A DNA stretch of 64,000 bases from the human T2T-CHM13v2.0 reference genome, Homo sapiens. The notes below the pieces were generated by a model. It saw nothing but the letters and a program-made list of their open reading frames with translations, made no database searches and was not told the DNA's origin. This document shows positions 24,901 to 38,489 of this stretch, piece after piece. Where the stretch lies: assembly GCF_009914755.1 (NCBI RefSeq), contig NC_060937.1, one strand, 5' to 3'. The number at the start of each line of letters is the position of its first letter. The stretch's first letter is position 1. The position numbers and the translations under genes are program-made.

Positions 24901-26024
24901 AAAGGTGAATTAAAATCAAATATTTATGGAAGCACTACAGTGTTTTATGAAACAAAATCTGAAAAACGGTTTTCAAGGAATCCACTTCTAGACTGAAAAC
25001 AGTGGTGAGAATTTAGAGGATGCCACCATCACTTCCTGCTTAGTAAATTATGGGAAATACGAAGACTTCCTTCCCTGCTTTTCAATACAAAGTTTGAAAT
25101 AGAGAGATTTCTTCTGATATTATCAAGAAAGATGAGGGTAGGAAGATTTAACTCCAGAAGAACCCAAGGTGGCTAGGAATGAGGTGGAAGAAACATCATT
25201 AGGGCAGTCTCCAAAGACGTACCTTTGGTGGGTAGAGGAGGGAATTTTGTAGGAGCTTTTGTAGCCCACTCCCACAGAATCACTAGGAGCCCCATTTTGT
25301 TAGGTGGCAAATTGCTGACACAGGGTGTAACAATCTCTTCCAGACTTCTGGCACCAGTGTACAAATTGTACTTATTTTTGTAGTTGAGATGTGAGGAAAT
25401 TGCCTAAGATTTTAATGATTTATTATTATCACTTAAAATATTATTTCATTTTGTGTTTTAAAAAATCCATTTTTAAAAAGCATGAATAATATAGGTAGCT
25501 GAAGAAATATAGAAAACTTTCCATTTCCCAAAGATACCTGTACTTAACGTTTTGGTACATTACTCTTCCAAGGTTTTTTGTTTGTTTACTTGTTTAATTT
25601 TGGCATTTATGTGGATGTGATCACACTGTCTATACAAGTTCATTTCCTGTTCAGACAGGCCAAAGAGGTACTCATCAGGACCCTGAATCAGGACCCTACA
25701 ATAAAGATGTAATGGGACATGAATTATTATTATCATCATTAAACAGCTACAACCAATGAAAACAGTCAAAACTTCTTAATATGGTGATAGGATGTTGAAG
25801 GTTGGTTTTGAGAGATGGACTGACGAGGTCTATGGATGTAACAATTAAATTCAGGGCCAAGAAAGGTTCTTGGTTTACAATATGTGACAACTTTTCAACT
25901 TGCAAGGAGGAAGGCTGATAATTTATTTTCTTACTGTATGTGTTCTTAGCCTCACCAATTCCAGATCTGGCTGAGCTATTCCAGTGGGGAAAGAACATCT
26001 GCTAAACTTGGCTTGGTAGAATCA

Positions 26025-26510
26025 AGTTAAGAATGCTTTAACTTTTGGTAAAAGAGAACCCAACTAATAGTGGACTAAGTAAATAGAAGTTTAGTTTTCT
26101 CACATGACAGATGAGACTTCTGGAGGTAAACTGCTACTGGCTATGATTCAATGGGTAGGTGACATCAGGGCTAGCACTTCTGTAACGCTTCTCATTCCCT
26201 CAAGCCAGCACTGCATGGTCACAAGATGGCGGCTGCACTTCAGATATCATGATGGCTTCTGAGCTAGGAAACCAGAAGAGGATAGCACCAGCCCTAAGTG
26301 CTTCCTTTTATCAGGAAATCAAAATTGATCTCCATACCTCCTTCTGCCTTCTTCTCACTGGCCAAAACTATGTCTAATAGCCACCCTGAGTTGCAGGAGA
26401 AGCTAGAGAGAAAAGTATGTTAGCTGGCCACCTTGTCACATCATAGGAAAACTGGGGTTCTGTTAGCACCGAAGAAGTGAGGAATAGGTATAACGTAGAC
26501 AGGTCACCTT
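26025..26510 (-). mobile_element. MLT1K/L-like MaLR LTR
   Basis: CATGGTCACAAGATGGCGGCTGCA, TCTCACTGGCCAAAACTATGTC, AAAACTGGGGTTCTGTTAGCA. Confidence 0.7.
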
Positions 26511-27167
26511 GTCTGCCAGAGGGAACACTCTTTATCCACTTCAAGTTCTTTATTTCCAAGATGTATGTAGAATGGATTTTTCCTTTGCTTGCTGCCCCAG
26601 AGCTGGGGTGCTATAGAAGACTGATGGGAGTGGGACTTCAGGTTTGCTGAGGACCGTGACAGCACTAGGCAAGGAGACATGCCATTAAGGGAACGTGGGT
26701 GTTCCTGCCAGACAAGGGTGACCCAGAAGATGTAGCTGAATCTCAAAAGAGACATCCCTGCCCAGGAGAATGGCCATTTCGTATGCACTTTGAGTCTTTG
26801 TCTGCTCCTGTGAAAAAGCCCATTCACAGGCGTGACCATTTGTGGAGACCACTGTGGTCTCATTGTGTGCAGTCATATGAAGAAGCTATTGCATTTTCCT
26901 CTTCCTCCATTTTAACCCAGCACCAGAAGGGTAAGCTCCAGGGAAGAGGAGAGGGTGTGAGACAAAGCGGGGTATGCTCCTCACCCACAGATTGTGGAGG
27001 CTTCAGAATAGACTCTGACTGGGTGACAGACGAAAGCTTTGGATTACACATGGTTACAACAGCTAGACCTGAATCATAAAAACCTCAATGGAACTGTACT
27101 GATAAATCTGAGGGCCTGAAAAACTATAGAACTAGACTGAGATATCATGAAGGCAACTGCTACTCAG

Positions 27168-27610
27168 TATATTGAAGTCCCAACCTCCAATACCTATGAA
27201 TGTTAGTTAATTTGGAAAGGTCTGTGCAGATGCAATCAAGTTAAAATGAAGTCATAGTGAATGAAGGCAACCCCTAATCTACTATGACTGAAGTCCTTAT
27301 AAGAAGAGGAAAAATTGGACCTAGAGACATACAGGAAGAATGCTGTGTGAAGACAGAGGCAGAGATTGGAGTGATTGAGCTGAAAACCAAGGAATGCCAA
27401 GGATTGATGGTCACCACCACACGCTAGGAAGAGGCAAGGAAGGTTTCTATCCAAAGTCTTATAAGGAGCTCTGTGGATACTTTGATTTTGAACTTCAGGC
27501 CTCCTTAAGTGTAAGAGAAGAAATTTCTGTTGTTTTAAGCCACCTTACTTTATTAAATGCTGTGTCATTTTCCTAGGGCTGCTGTAACAAAGCCCTGGGA
27601 AACTAATTCA
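27168..27610 (+). mobile_element. MLT1C/B-like MaLR LTR with a rearranged 3' end
   Basis: GTCCTTATAAGAAGAGG, GAAGACAGAGGCAGAGATTGGAGTGAT, CCAAGGAATGCCAAGGATTG, AATTTCTGTTGTTTTAAGCCACC, GCCCTGGGAAACTAATTCA. Confidence 0.88.
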
Positions 27611-27694
27611 GCATTCAGTAAAGTAGGGGGAAAATGGTTTTACATAGATACACCTAACAACTGACACTGTTCATAAAACCAATAAGACACCGAC

Positions 27695-28094
27695 TATATT
27701 AGGCCATTCTTGCATTACTATAAAGAAATACTTGAGACTCGGTAATTTGTAAAGAAAAGAGGTTTAATTGGCTCATGTCTCTGCAGGCTTTAATGGGAGC
27801 TTGGCACCAACATCTGCTTGGCTTCCGGGGAGGCCTTGGAGCATTTACTCACGGTGCAAGATGAAGCAGGAGCAGGCACATCACATGGGGGGAGCAGGAG
27901 CAAGAGAGAGAGTGGGAGGGGAGGTGCCACACTTTACAACAACCGGATCTCACAAGAACTCACTCCTCATCCTGAGAATAGCACCAAGCCACGAGGGATC
28001 CACCCCCATGACCCAAACACCTGCCCTCAGGCTCCACCTCCAACACTGGGAATTACATTTCAACATGAGATTTGGGTGGGGACAAGAATACCAA
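27695..28094 (-). mobile_element. MST (MSTA/B-like) MaLR solo LTR
   Basis: TATATTAGGCCATTCTTGCATTACTATAAAGAAATAC...CAACATGAGATTTGGGTGGGGACA. Confidence 0.9.
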
Positions 28095-28971
28095 GTTTGG
28101 TATGGATTGATAGCTTTGTCAGTGTACTGTACTATTTTCAATGACAATTTAATGCCATCTTCCTTACCTGGGCTAAGTAGATAATTTTCTTCAATTGCCT
28201 TGAACCTTTTCCCAAAGCAGAAATTTGTCAGACTATTCTTGCTCAGAGAATGCACTGTGCTTTTGCTTTGATTGTTAAGCATTTTTAATTAGCAGCATGA
28301 AGCGTATTAGAGAGAAGGCATTAATTGCTTCCTTAGCTCCCCTGATATTACTTGAGTGAGGATATCTTTAACTCTGTCTCTTCTGTGTCTCTTTGCAAGG
28401 AGAGAAAAATTTTATTTTCATGGGCTTGAAACCCTTGTGGTCCTTTTATTCTTATTGCAAAGCTGTGCTTAAAGGAAAATTAAGGAGAAATTTTAACCAT
28501 TCTAGTTGTCAATGGTGGTCTCATCCTGAAACTGTTGGTTACCTTGGCAACACGGCTTGGGTACCAGCCTCTCTCCTATTTCACCTAACTAGTAAACATA
28601 TGTGAACATCTGGACATGTGTGCGTTGTGTGTATAGGTGAGAAATCTACGTTTATGAAGGAGTCAGGGTATTCACAGGGTATCTGTGCTACGTGCTTTAT
28701 TTTAGCCAGAGTTTCCTGGCTAACCTCTTTCAGCATTTTGCAACTTGCCTTCCACTTCTTACACAACACTAAAAATTTCCCTAAACATTTTAAATCATAT
28801 TTTAACACAGCAGAACTTGGCAGTTTTAACAGCTTACTATGATTTCCTCACATCTTTTTTACTTTAGAGAATACGAAATCAAATTTTAACAAATCACATT
28901 ATGAGTTCCCCCACACATTCTATTTCTTAAAAAAATAGAAACATGATGAATCATTATGTTAGGATACCCCA

Positions 28972-29292
<321 letters not shown>

Positions 29293-30387
29293 GATGCCCT
29301 AAATTTTTAATTTCAAAATTAAATGTATTTTTGGAAATTTGATTTGTTTAAAAGAATATTCCTATAATTATGGCAGGCTAACTAACAATTATGAAACAAT
29401 TACAAAAACAACTATGGAATATTGGGATATTTCTTCATATTCTAAAGTCTATGCTTATAGAAACATGTTTGTGATTTTGAAGATGTTTGAGATATTTGTT
29501 ACGGTAGGCACGTTTTTAATTGGCAAGTATAAATACTACCTGTTAAAACTTATAATTTTTAGAAAATTCAAGATTTAACACAAGAAAGAAAGTAAAAAAT
29601 AAATACTTAATGTTAAAATTCCACCATTAAAAAGTGCTTTAAAGTTTTCTGAACTTAATTTGAACCTTTATTTTCATGTAGACACCATTAATAAAGTATC
29701 CGAAAGGGTAGTGACAGAGGATTTGTTTGAAATTTGCAATAGACCTAAGTGAGAAGTGGGAGGGAATTATTTCTGGGGCCCCGGTTTCTCTGCCTGGTAT
29801 TTCTTCTCTTCCCACCACATACCTGTACTTGGAGGTGCACAGGTTCCTTGGGGCTAGGATGAGTGGCGAGGCCAGTCAACAAAATAAGAAGAAAAACATG
29901 AATTTTCCGCCCTTCTGGCTTTTTTCCCTTCTCCCCTTTGCCTCTCTTGGTGACTGGCTGTGCACTTACCCGCCACCCAAATCATGAACCTGAGAATTAC
30001 TTTCATGATGCTTCCAGCACCCTGTCGACCCCATTCTCACTCTCATTAGTATCATCGGTATCCAAATGTGATGTGTGATGGTACCTCCTTCACATGTGTT
30101 ATCTTGTCCCTTCCTCTCTATTTCTTGAAGTTGTTCACAAGGACAATTACAACAAGCTCTTCACTGCCCAACCTTCTCTTTAATCCAAATTTTATGATGA
30201 TGCTAAGAAATCTCTTCAAACCACGATTTCGTTCGGTTACTTACTGGCTTTTTTTTTTTTTTTTTTTTTAAAGACATCAAGAGCTTTCTCAATGCCTTTA
30301 GGGTAAGTCTTAATTTCTAGAACTGGTCCTTAAATTCCGACCAAGCCTAACCTTACACTGTGGGCCACTTGAACCTTTCCTCATCTC

Positions 30388-30465
30388 CAGGGTTACTATG
30401 TCTGGTGTGGTCACTGGCACAACTCTAGGGGGCGCCATGCACACTGGCAGTCTATATGACAAATG
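30388..30465 (+). mobile_element. MER91-like hAT-Tip100 fragment
   Basis: CAGGGTTACTATGTC...GCACAACTCTAGGGGGCGCCATGCACA resembles the MER91 arm GCACAACTCCAGGGGGCGCCATTCACA. Confidence 0.7.
30419..30437 (+). promoter_or_regulatory. Candidate CTCF motif inside MER91
   Basis: CTCTAGGGGGCGCCA resembles the CTCF core CCACTAGGGGGCGC; CpG retained. Confidence 0.45.
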
Positions 30466-31144
<679 letters not shown>

Positions 31145-32109
31145 AACCCTGGGTTTCTGTTTACATTTTTTTCTATGTGGATCTGGACTGTGTTTCCTTC
31201 TATGCTAGCCCAGACTAGCCTAATAACACCTGCCCCTCCCAACTGTTTTCTAGTTGATTTACTTATAGCTTCTGTCCCTAGCAGGATCTGGCTTTCTCCT
31301 GGAGCAAGTGTATCTGCTACTACATACTATCTGCACCCTCGTATCCTATTTCCCTTCCTCTGTGGGGACGACTAAGGGTTTACCATGGCTGCAGCACAAC
31401 TGGCATCTGTCAGAATCAAAACTCATTAATAAAAAAATGATAATGCTTCAAAGTACATTACATTACTCCTTCAAAGTCCTTTGTGAACATTATCTTATTA
31501 ATCATCACAATAGCTCAGGGGAAGATAAACATTGTTGGTTATCTTACCTCGATCATATTTTGAAGGAACTGTTTTTTTCTTGTTATTGTTTGATCATGCT
31601 ATGAAATCTGGATAGCAATTTTCATATTGGCTATTTGGATATAATTTGATATGCTGACGTAAAATTTCCCTGGATCAGTAAGGTGGTTTTTATTTTTATT
31701 TTAGATGTCTCACTGGTACTCTTGTAGAATTCTTTCCAGAGAGCTGAGCAAAGAATAACAAGCAAAAGACTGAGATATTTCTCCTCAGGGGTTGAAATTT
31801 TCTGGGTATCTTGAGGCTCATTAAATCATTGGTTCATGATGTAGAAAAGCAAAAGACGAGTTACTTGTACACATAGTAGGTGCTAAAATAACAGTTGAAT
31901 GATTGAATGAAGTATTATTTTAAAACCTGGAAGTTTAAATAAGGGACTTATGTAAAAAATTAGTATCTTAGTCAGGAATTCCATTAGTAACCAGCATCAA
32001 GTAGCCAAAAGAGAATTCTTTTAGGAGGGGAATTTTACTTAGGAAACTGGTTTAAAGAATCTACTCAGTTCTTCTGTCCCCGCCTCACCTCTAGCATCCT
32101 ATGTTTACT

Positions 32110-32232
32110 TTTCTCATAGCGCTTATCACACATTTTATCATGTATTTGTTTACGACTTTAGTTTCCCTTAGATGGCAGGAAACACTTCTGCTTGACACAC
32201 AATGGGAGCTCAATAAATGACTGTTGAATGGA
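32110..32232 (+). mobile_element. L2 3' end fragment
   Basis: CTCATAGCGCTTATCACA...GAGCTCAATAAATGACTGTTGAATG. Confidence 0.6.
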
Positions 32233-34199
32233 AAAAAAATTAACTAGAGAAATCTTTCCCACCAAAAGTAAAAAGTGGAATAAGTTCAATTTCAAAGTTA
32301 CAGGAAGAGATGGTATAAGCATTGGGCACTACATTCAAGTTGGGTGTCAGGTATCCTCAACGCGCCTTGTATGAGGAATTTGAAATCTTCCAATAACTCA
32401 ACAACAAATGGTACCACCTCTGGAAGATTTTCTTCTTTCAAGAGATGAGCGATGTCACAGATGACATGGGCACTTTCTATGTTCTAAGATGGAGTCTTAT
32501 TTCGTGGGAGTGTCTAGGGTGGAGTGGCCCTCAGTACAACTATACCTGTTCATCTCTGGTGCTGGGAGAGTGTCCTAGAGGGAGGTTTCATGAGGCTTAC
32601 CTCAAATTTTTTTCCAGGCCAAACAAACATTTTTGGCTTCATAGATTACTGTCAACTCTATGTCTACCCCGTCAGGATAGACTAAAAGGCCAGGCTGTAG
32701 TCAGGCTGTGGTGTAATCGGGCATCTGTCTTTTCTAATCACAGTAGTTTTGTGGCATGGGGTGTGGAGCTGAGTGGAAGGGCGGGACATTTCTCTGGCCT
32801 GTACTTCCTCTTCCTGGTCAAGCTCACACACTTCCCACTAGCACTCTGTCTTCCCACCCTTCTTACTGTTACTCCAGGAAGTGCCAGTGCCCAGCACAAG
32901 CTTCTGAAAACTCCCTCAGTTTAAAAACACTCCCGAACCCTTCCTCCAACCTCCAGAAAAATGTCACCCATTATTAAGAAATGCCCGAGTAGAACACGCT
33001 GGCTTCTAAATGTCACTTTTTAAGATTTGGAGATAAAACACCGTCATAGCTTTAAAAAATCCTGTTCACTCTTGCCTTTTATCTTTCAATAAGAAAGTTG
33101 GTGTTGACATCCCTTATAGAGGAAGCACAGCAAAGAGGATTAAAAGTGGTTCGAAAGTCCAATGAGGAATGTATACTTTCAACAACTCTGCTGTAGAGGG
33201 AAGAATCTTAGCCAATGGCTTTCCAGAAAAGTGATTATGCTTTAAAAACAAAATTCAAATACTTAATAAGTCTAGGTTCCTCAGCTTCAGCTCTTAAGCG
33301 TACATTAGTGCTCACACTAGCATCTGTTTCATTCTTTTAACAAAATAACATTGTTTTGATGAAAATCTGTGCCTCAGTTGGCCATGTTTTGCGCAGCAGT
33401 TTTAGATTGGGTATTCAGAGTGATGATAACTGTGATTGCTTTCCTAAGTAGTCTGCTCAGCATGAATATCCCCAGTGTGGAAACTTCTCTCAGGGAGATT
33501 TCTGTAGCTTTCAGGACCATGGAACTCTTTGTGTAACTTGATACTCAATGGACTTTTTTCTCAAGCCCTGGAACCCTATTTTTTTTTTTAGGAAAACCCT
33601 GGACTAGCTCATGGTTTGGGTGGAGAAGCCCAAAAAGCTGATGATAAGCAGGTAGGAAAGGCAGCCCCCTCCCTTCAGTCATGGTAGGTCCCCTGGGAAT
33701 TGGCTTCTCTCTGTCCTGAGGTGGGGAAATCTGGTAATCAGTAAATCAAATGGTTTCTAGAATTTCTGAAGCTCTTCCCCAGAAATTGAAGCAACCGCAG
33801 TTTGAAAACCACTACAGCAAAGCAGTTAGGAGACTAAACAGAATTTCCCAAATGGTTCACTTTCCTTCTAAAAGTTACAAACACTCCCTATTCTGGAGGA
33901 ATAATTGGACCCATGAAGCTTGGAAGGCTGGTTTTAGAGCTGGAAAGTTTTGTGTTCAAATATCCGTTACCTTCTTCTGAGAAGAAAAGCTTGTACTTGG
34001 ATTGGAATTCTGTTCCACATCTTTGAGATAAACTTCATTTGATTTATCAGGTCAATCCTTAGCTTTTTGAGTTGCCAAATTAGTTGGAATGGGATTATTT
34101 TATTTTTAAAGCATCAACTATTAGACATAACTTGGAGGTCCAACAAACTTGTCTCTTGTGTGCCTTGGTTTCCCCCATTTCTAATCTCTCCCCAACCCG

Positions 34200-34325
34200 A
34201 GGTGTTAATTACAATTCTAGCTCTGTAATTAATAGGGCAGTTACTTAACCTCTTAGGATTCAATTTTCTCTTCTTTAAAATAAACAGTTGCTGGACTGAG
34301 ATGATCAATAAGGCCTTTTTAATTG
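34200..34325 (+). mobile_element. MIR fragment
   Basis: AATTCTAGCTCTG...GGGCAGTTACTTAACCTCT..ATTCAATTTTCTC...TAAAAT. Confidence 0.6.
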
Positions 34326-34720
34326 TTAACAATTGACGATTACATGAGGTTTCGTCCTCCATGGCCACACAGCCATGTCACAGTGCCCTATAATCACACA
34401 GGCCACCCTTCTCTTAGACTCCAATACACCTGACCCTGGAGTTGTACAACACAGTGGCCCAGTGGTTTGAGAGGTGTGTCCAAGTTTCCCCTCAGCCTTA
34501 AAAAATCTTTCCTTTCCAGATGCTTTGAAATGTTGCCACTGGAGACCCAAGCTTAAATATTATTCTCTCCAGTACAATTCTTGGACAGATAACACATTAA
34601 GTCATTAACAAGTTCTATGAATTGTTTTTATTTCTCCCATGACAGGAAGAACCTGGAGAAGTGGGAGAACTCTGGATAGATGGGGAGGTGGTGGTGGTGA
34701 GGGAGGGAGGCTGAGCCAAG

Positions 34721-34925
34721 GCTTTTGAGGCAGAAGTAACCAAATTCAGCTCTTGGATCCATTTATAAGCTGTGTGACTGTGGGTTAATTATTTAAGCAT
34801 TGGGTCTCAGTTTCTATATCTATAAGGTGGTAGTATTTACCTGTGGAGGGCTGTCCTGAAGACTGAATTCAATATTGTGTAAGCATCTAGTGTACAATAG
34901 GCACTCACTAAATGGAACTATTACC
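34721..34925 (+). mobile_element. MIR (MIRb-like)
   Basis: AGCTGTGTGACTGTGGG...TCTCAGTTTCTATATCTATAAGGTGG...TAGGCACTCACTAAATG. Confidence 0.8.
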
Positions 34926-36746
34926 ATGACTTCATAATTTTACCCACAGCTAGATCTGCAATTAAGTGTTCTGATCACCTATTTGATAGCAAAACTCAAA
35001 TAGAAGCTCTGGTATTCAAGGGACAAACAGACATACCTTCCTGCTTGAAGAACAACTTTTTATTTCATAACCCCTCTGTGCCTGTGGCACAGTGAGGCTC
35101 GGATGCCAAGAAGCGCTTGTTCTCTGATCTTCCTCACGCTCTCTCCAATACCTCTGAGTTGTTTGGCACATGTTTTGAAACGTGAAAATGGGATGGCACT
35201 TTCTAAACAGTAAAATCATTATGTTAAAAGCTCATTTGATTTTCTTCCATTTGAATGTGAACTACAGTGCTGGAGATCTTTGTTTTTGTTAGGGAGTGGG
35301 TTTTCTCTCTCTCCCTTTTTTTAATTTGTCTTCCATTAGAAAAGTATTTTTTGATTGCTTGCACGGTTTATTTTGTGGAAATAAGACTCTATTGTTCTAT
35401 CAGGGGAAAAAAACATCCACCGCAATAACCATTTAGCACAAGGAGAAGGAAGAAAGGTATTTTGGAGAAAAATAATTCCTTTCCCATATTTCTCTTAAGT
35501 TGTATATCTTGGAACTAGTTTTCCATTATAAGAAACTTCTCTTTTGTTTATGAAAAAAAAAAAACCTCTAAGAAGTCAAAACCCATAGGATTTGTTCTTT
35601 TTCCTAGCTAATTTTCAAGCAAGATGCAAAACTGCCATTAAGCATCTCTGTTCCTTGTCCAGTCCAATTTAAAAATATTTTTTTAGAAGTTACAAAAGAT
35701 TTCAAAAACATGTTAAAGGACTCTTCTTAAAAAGTTGACTCCCCTTGGGAACTTGAAAATCAGCTTTTTAAAAAGTGCTTCTGAGCTGTCTCTGAAATTT
35801 CTTCTTGAATAGCATTATACTGTCTTCCTAGCAAGGAGTGGTTTGATCTAGCTTTCCAACAGTGTGATGATGGAGGTATGAGCTAGTCAGACAGTGTACC
35901 CAATTTGGGGGTTTTATTCACAGCTTTCATTTTAGTTCACCATATAGATTGTGGAGTTAGACTCTTCTAATGGAGATTGTTTAATTTTCTCCATCTAGAA
36001 ATATTTTCACTGAGGCACATTTAACAATTTTCTTGTATATATCTCAGGTGTGTTAGTGTTTTTCCTCCGCAAATGGATGATAAATTTCACATAGCTGGAG
36101 GACCCTCAATAATATTCTTTGGAATTTCCCTTGGTGCTTGGTCCCTTTGTAGCTGCTCCATAAATACTATAGTAGTCCATTTATTGGTTGATTATCTGTT
36201 AGTGCAATCTGTAATCCATTAGAAAATTAGAAAGAAGGGTGAGGCTGTCCATACTCAACTCAGCTAATGAGGAAGAATTTCTAAAGCAAAATATCCATGT
36301 ATTTCTCTACCCCTCTTACACACTGCTTCCCTCCTGATTAGGTAAGAACTATAAAAAAAAAAAAAGAAAGAAATGAGGACAACAGAGTTCAGTTCAGACT
36401 AATGTTTTGAATGATTGAGAAAGATCTCAGATCTTGTGTTGGATCTACTGATTGTAGCTTCATCGCATTCTCATTAAACCAGCAGAGACATAGCTTCTGG
36501 ATGATTTACAGTAATACTTTCTTCTATTAAAAGAGATAAACAAGAATTGGCTGCATTTATATTTCACTGTATTTTGTTGAATTCTCTTTTAATAGAAGAA
36601 TGCAATCAGACATATTTATTGATGTTAGTTTGTGAGAGGGCATCAGCATTCATCTAATTGATCTCCAAGACTCAGAAGAGTTCACATGGTTTTTATAAGG
36701 CCAAACAACTGGCCAGGACCATAAGCAGGACTAGATACTTTGTCTT

Positions 36747-37032
36747 CAGTCATCCCTTGGTATGCACAGGGGACTGGCTCCAGGATCCCCTGCAGATATC
36801 AAAATCCACAGATGCTCAAGTCCCTGATATAAAATGGCATAGTATTTGTATATAACCTAATACATCTTTCTGTATATTTTATTTTTGAGATAAGGTCTAG
36901 CTCTGTTGTTCAGGCTGGAGTACAGTGATGCAATCATAGCTCACTGTAGTCATGAATTCCTGGGCTCAGGCAATCCTCCTGCCTCAGCCTCTCTAGTGTC
37001 TAGGACCATAGGTTCCTGCCACCATACCTGGC

Positions 37033-37078
<46 letters not shown>

Positions 37079-37431
37079 ATATATACATTGCAGAGACAGG
37101 GTTTCGCTTTGTTGCCCAAGCTAGTTTTGAACCCCTGGCTTCAAGAGGTGTTCTGACTTCAGCCTTTCAAAATACTGGGATAACAGGTGTGAACCATTGT
37201 GCTCAGCCTATCTCCTATATACTTTAAATAATCTCCAGGTTACTTAACATACCTAATACAAATGCCTACATATCATTTCATTCATGTGGATTCAGTGTAG
37301 TACTTAGTGCATGGCAAATTCAAGTTTTGCTTTCTGGAACTTTGTGGAATAATCCCCCTTCTACCAAATACTTTCAGTCCATGGTTGTCTGAATCCATGG
37401 ATGGGGAAACCATGGATAGAAGGGCTGACCG
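36747..37431 (+). mobile_element. MER2 (MER2B-like) Tigger-family DNA transposon interrupted by AluJ
   Basis: CAGTCATCCCTTGGTAT...GATGCTCAAGTCCCTGATATAAAATGG...GGCAAATTCAAGTTTTGCTT...GAAGGGCTGACCG followed by TA. Confidence 0.88.
36878..37209 (-). mobile_element. AluJ nested in MER2, with (TG)n at 37036-37074 replacing the mid linker
   Basis: CAATCATAGCTCACTG, CTGGGCTCAGGCAATCCTCC, TTGTTGCCCAAGCT; degenerate TSD. Confidence 0.92.
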
Positions 37432-37536
37432 TAGTTCCCCTCCCACCTTACTTCAACACTTCTCTTTGATAAATAAAGACCAGCTTACATTTTTTTGCTG
37501 TGATTAATTTTTCCCTTTTTACTCTGATCCATGTTG

Positions 37537-37655
37537 CTTACTTATAAAATTATGTGATGGTAATGAAGATATTTCCCATTTCCACCTGTAACTCTTATGG
37601 AATTTAATATTGAAAGTTAGATAAAAATGTGAGGCACTTTAGGCTACTTAGCAGA
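37537..37655 (+). repeat. Copy 1 of a ~120-bp dispersed direct repeat
   Basis: CTTACTTATAAAATTATGTGATGG...GGCTACTTAGCAGA recurs at 38490-38609. Confidence 0.95.
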
Positions 37656-38096
37656 AATGTGCATATTCTTGAGATCAAAAAAAGAAAGAAAGAAAAAGGA
37701 CAATCATGGAGAAAAGTCAAAGAGTAAATATCTACCATTTTTTCCCAATCACATCATGTTTATAAATTTAAATGTGTCTAACAATGAACACACGATTTTA
37801 AGGAGATATATAAGAAATAGCTCTGATGAAGCCAAATAACACAGGCTTGTTATTGTTCCCGTCACCACAGTTTGAAAGGTGTGGCAGGAGAAAGCGAACA
37901 GAGAATCTCAAATGAAACACAATATTGATATTTGGCATGCTCAGATGATTTTCCACCCAAAGATATGAAATCACTTTACCCACAGTCATTACGCCTCCCC
38001 ACCAGCCCTTGGTACCGCCGGGAGGTCAGTGGAGGTTGACTTTGGCATCTCCAGACTCCCCATGCTGTACCCCTTTGCCTTTGTGATGCCGCTCTC

Positions 38097-38273
38097 ATGA
38101 TTCCTCAAAGTCGGTTTAATGACCACCTGCCATAAAGCACTTGCCATTGACTTAAGAAAGCAGATTCCCAGGCACCATGCTGATCTATTGAATCAGACTA
38201 TCTGTGAGTAGAATGTAGCAATCTGCATTTTAAACAGATTTATGACCTGTACATTGAGCTTTGAAAACTACTG
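38097..38273. mobile_element. MER5-family hAT-Charlie element
   Basis: GCAGATTCCCAGGC...TGAATCAGA...AATCTGCATTTTAAACA...TTTGAAAACTACTG. Confidence 0.75.
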
Positions 38274-38277
38274 AGCT

Positions 38278-38460
38278 GGCTGGGCATGGTGGCTCATGCC
38301 TGTAATCCTAGCACTTTGGGAGGCTGAGGTGGGGTGGGGTTGCTTGAGTCCAGGAGATCAAGGCTGCAGTGAGCCATGATTGCACCACTGTACTGGCGAC
38401 AGTACAGTGTCTGCCTGGGCAACAGAGCAAGACACTGTCTCAAAAACAAAACAAAACAGA
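38278..38460 (+). mobile_element. Monomeric Alu (FRAM/FAM-like, or left/right-arm recombinant AluJ)
   Basis: Left-arm start (CACTTTGGGAGG) runs into a right-arm end (GCAGTGAGCCATGATTGCACCACTG); TSD-like GAAAACTACTGA/GAAAACTCCTGA. Confidence 0.88.
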
Positions 38461-38489
38461 AAACTCCTGACTTATAAAATATAAAGCTC

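Noticed and set aside
32445-32924. Longest ORF in the window (159 aa)
   Set aside because: No recognisable domain, composition typical of non-coding DNA, and no convincing splice context; an ORF of this length can occur by chance in 64 kb.
34620-34695. Possible small exon after TTTCTCCCATGACAG
   Set aside because: Donor GAG|GTGGTG is weak and there is no other support.
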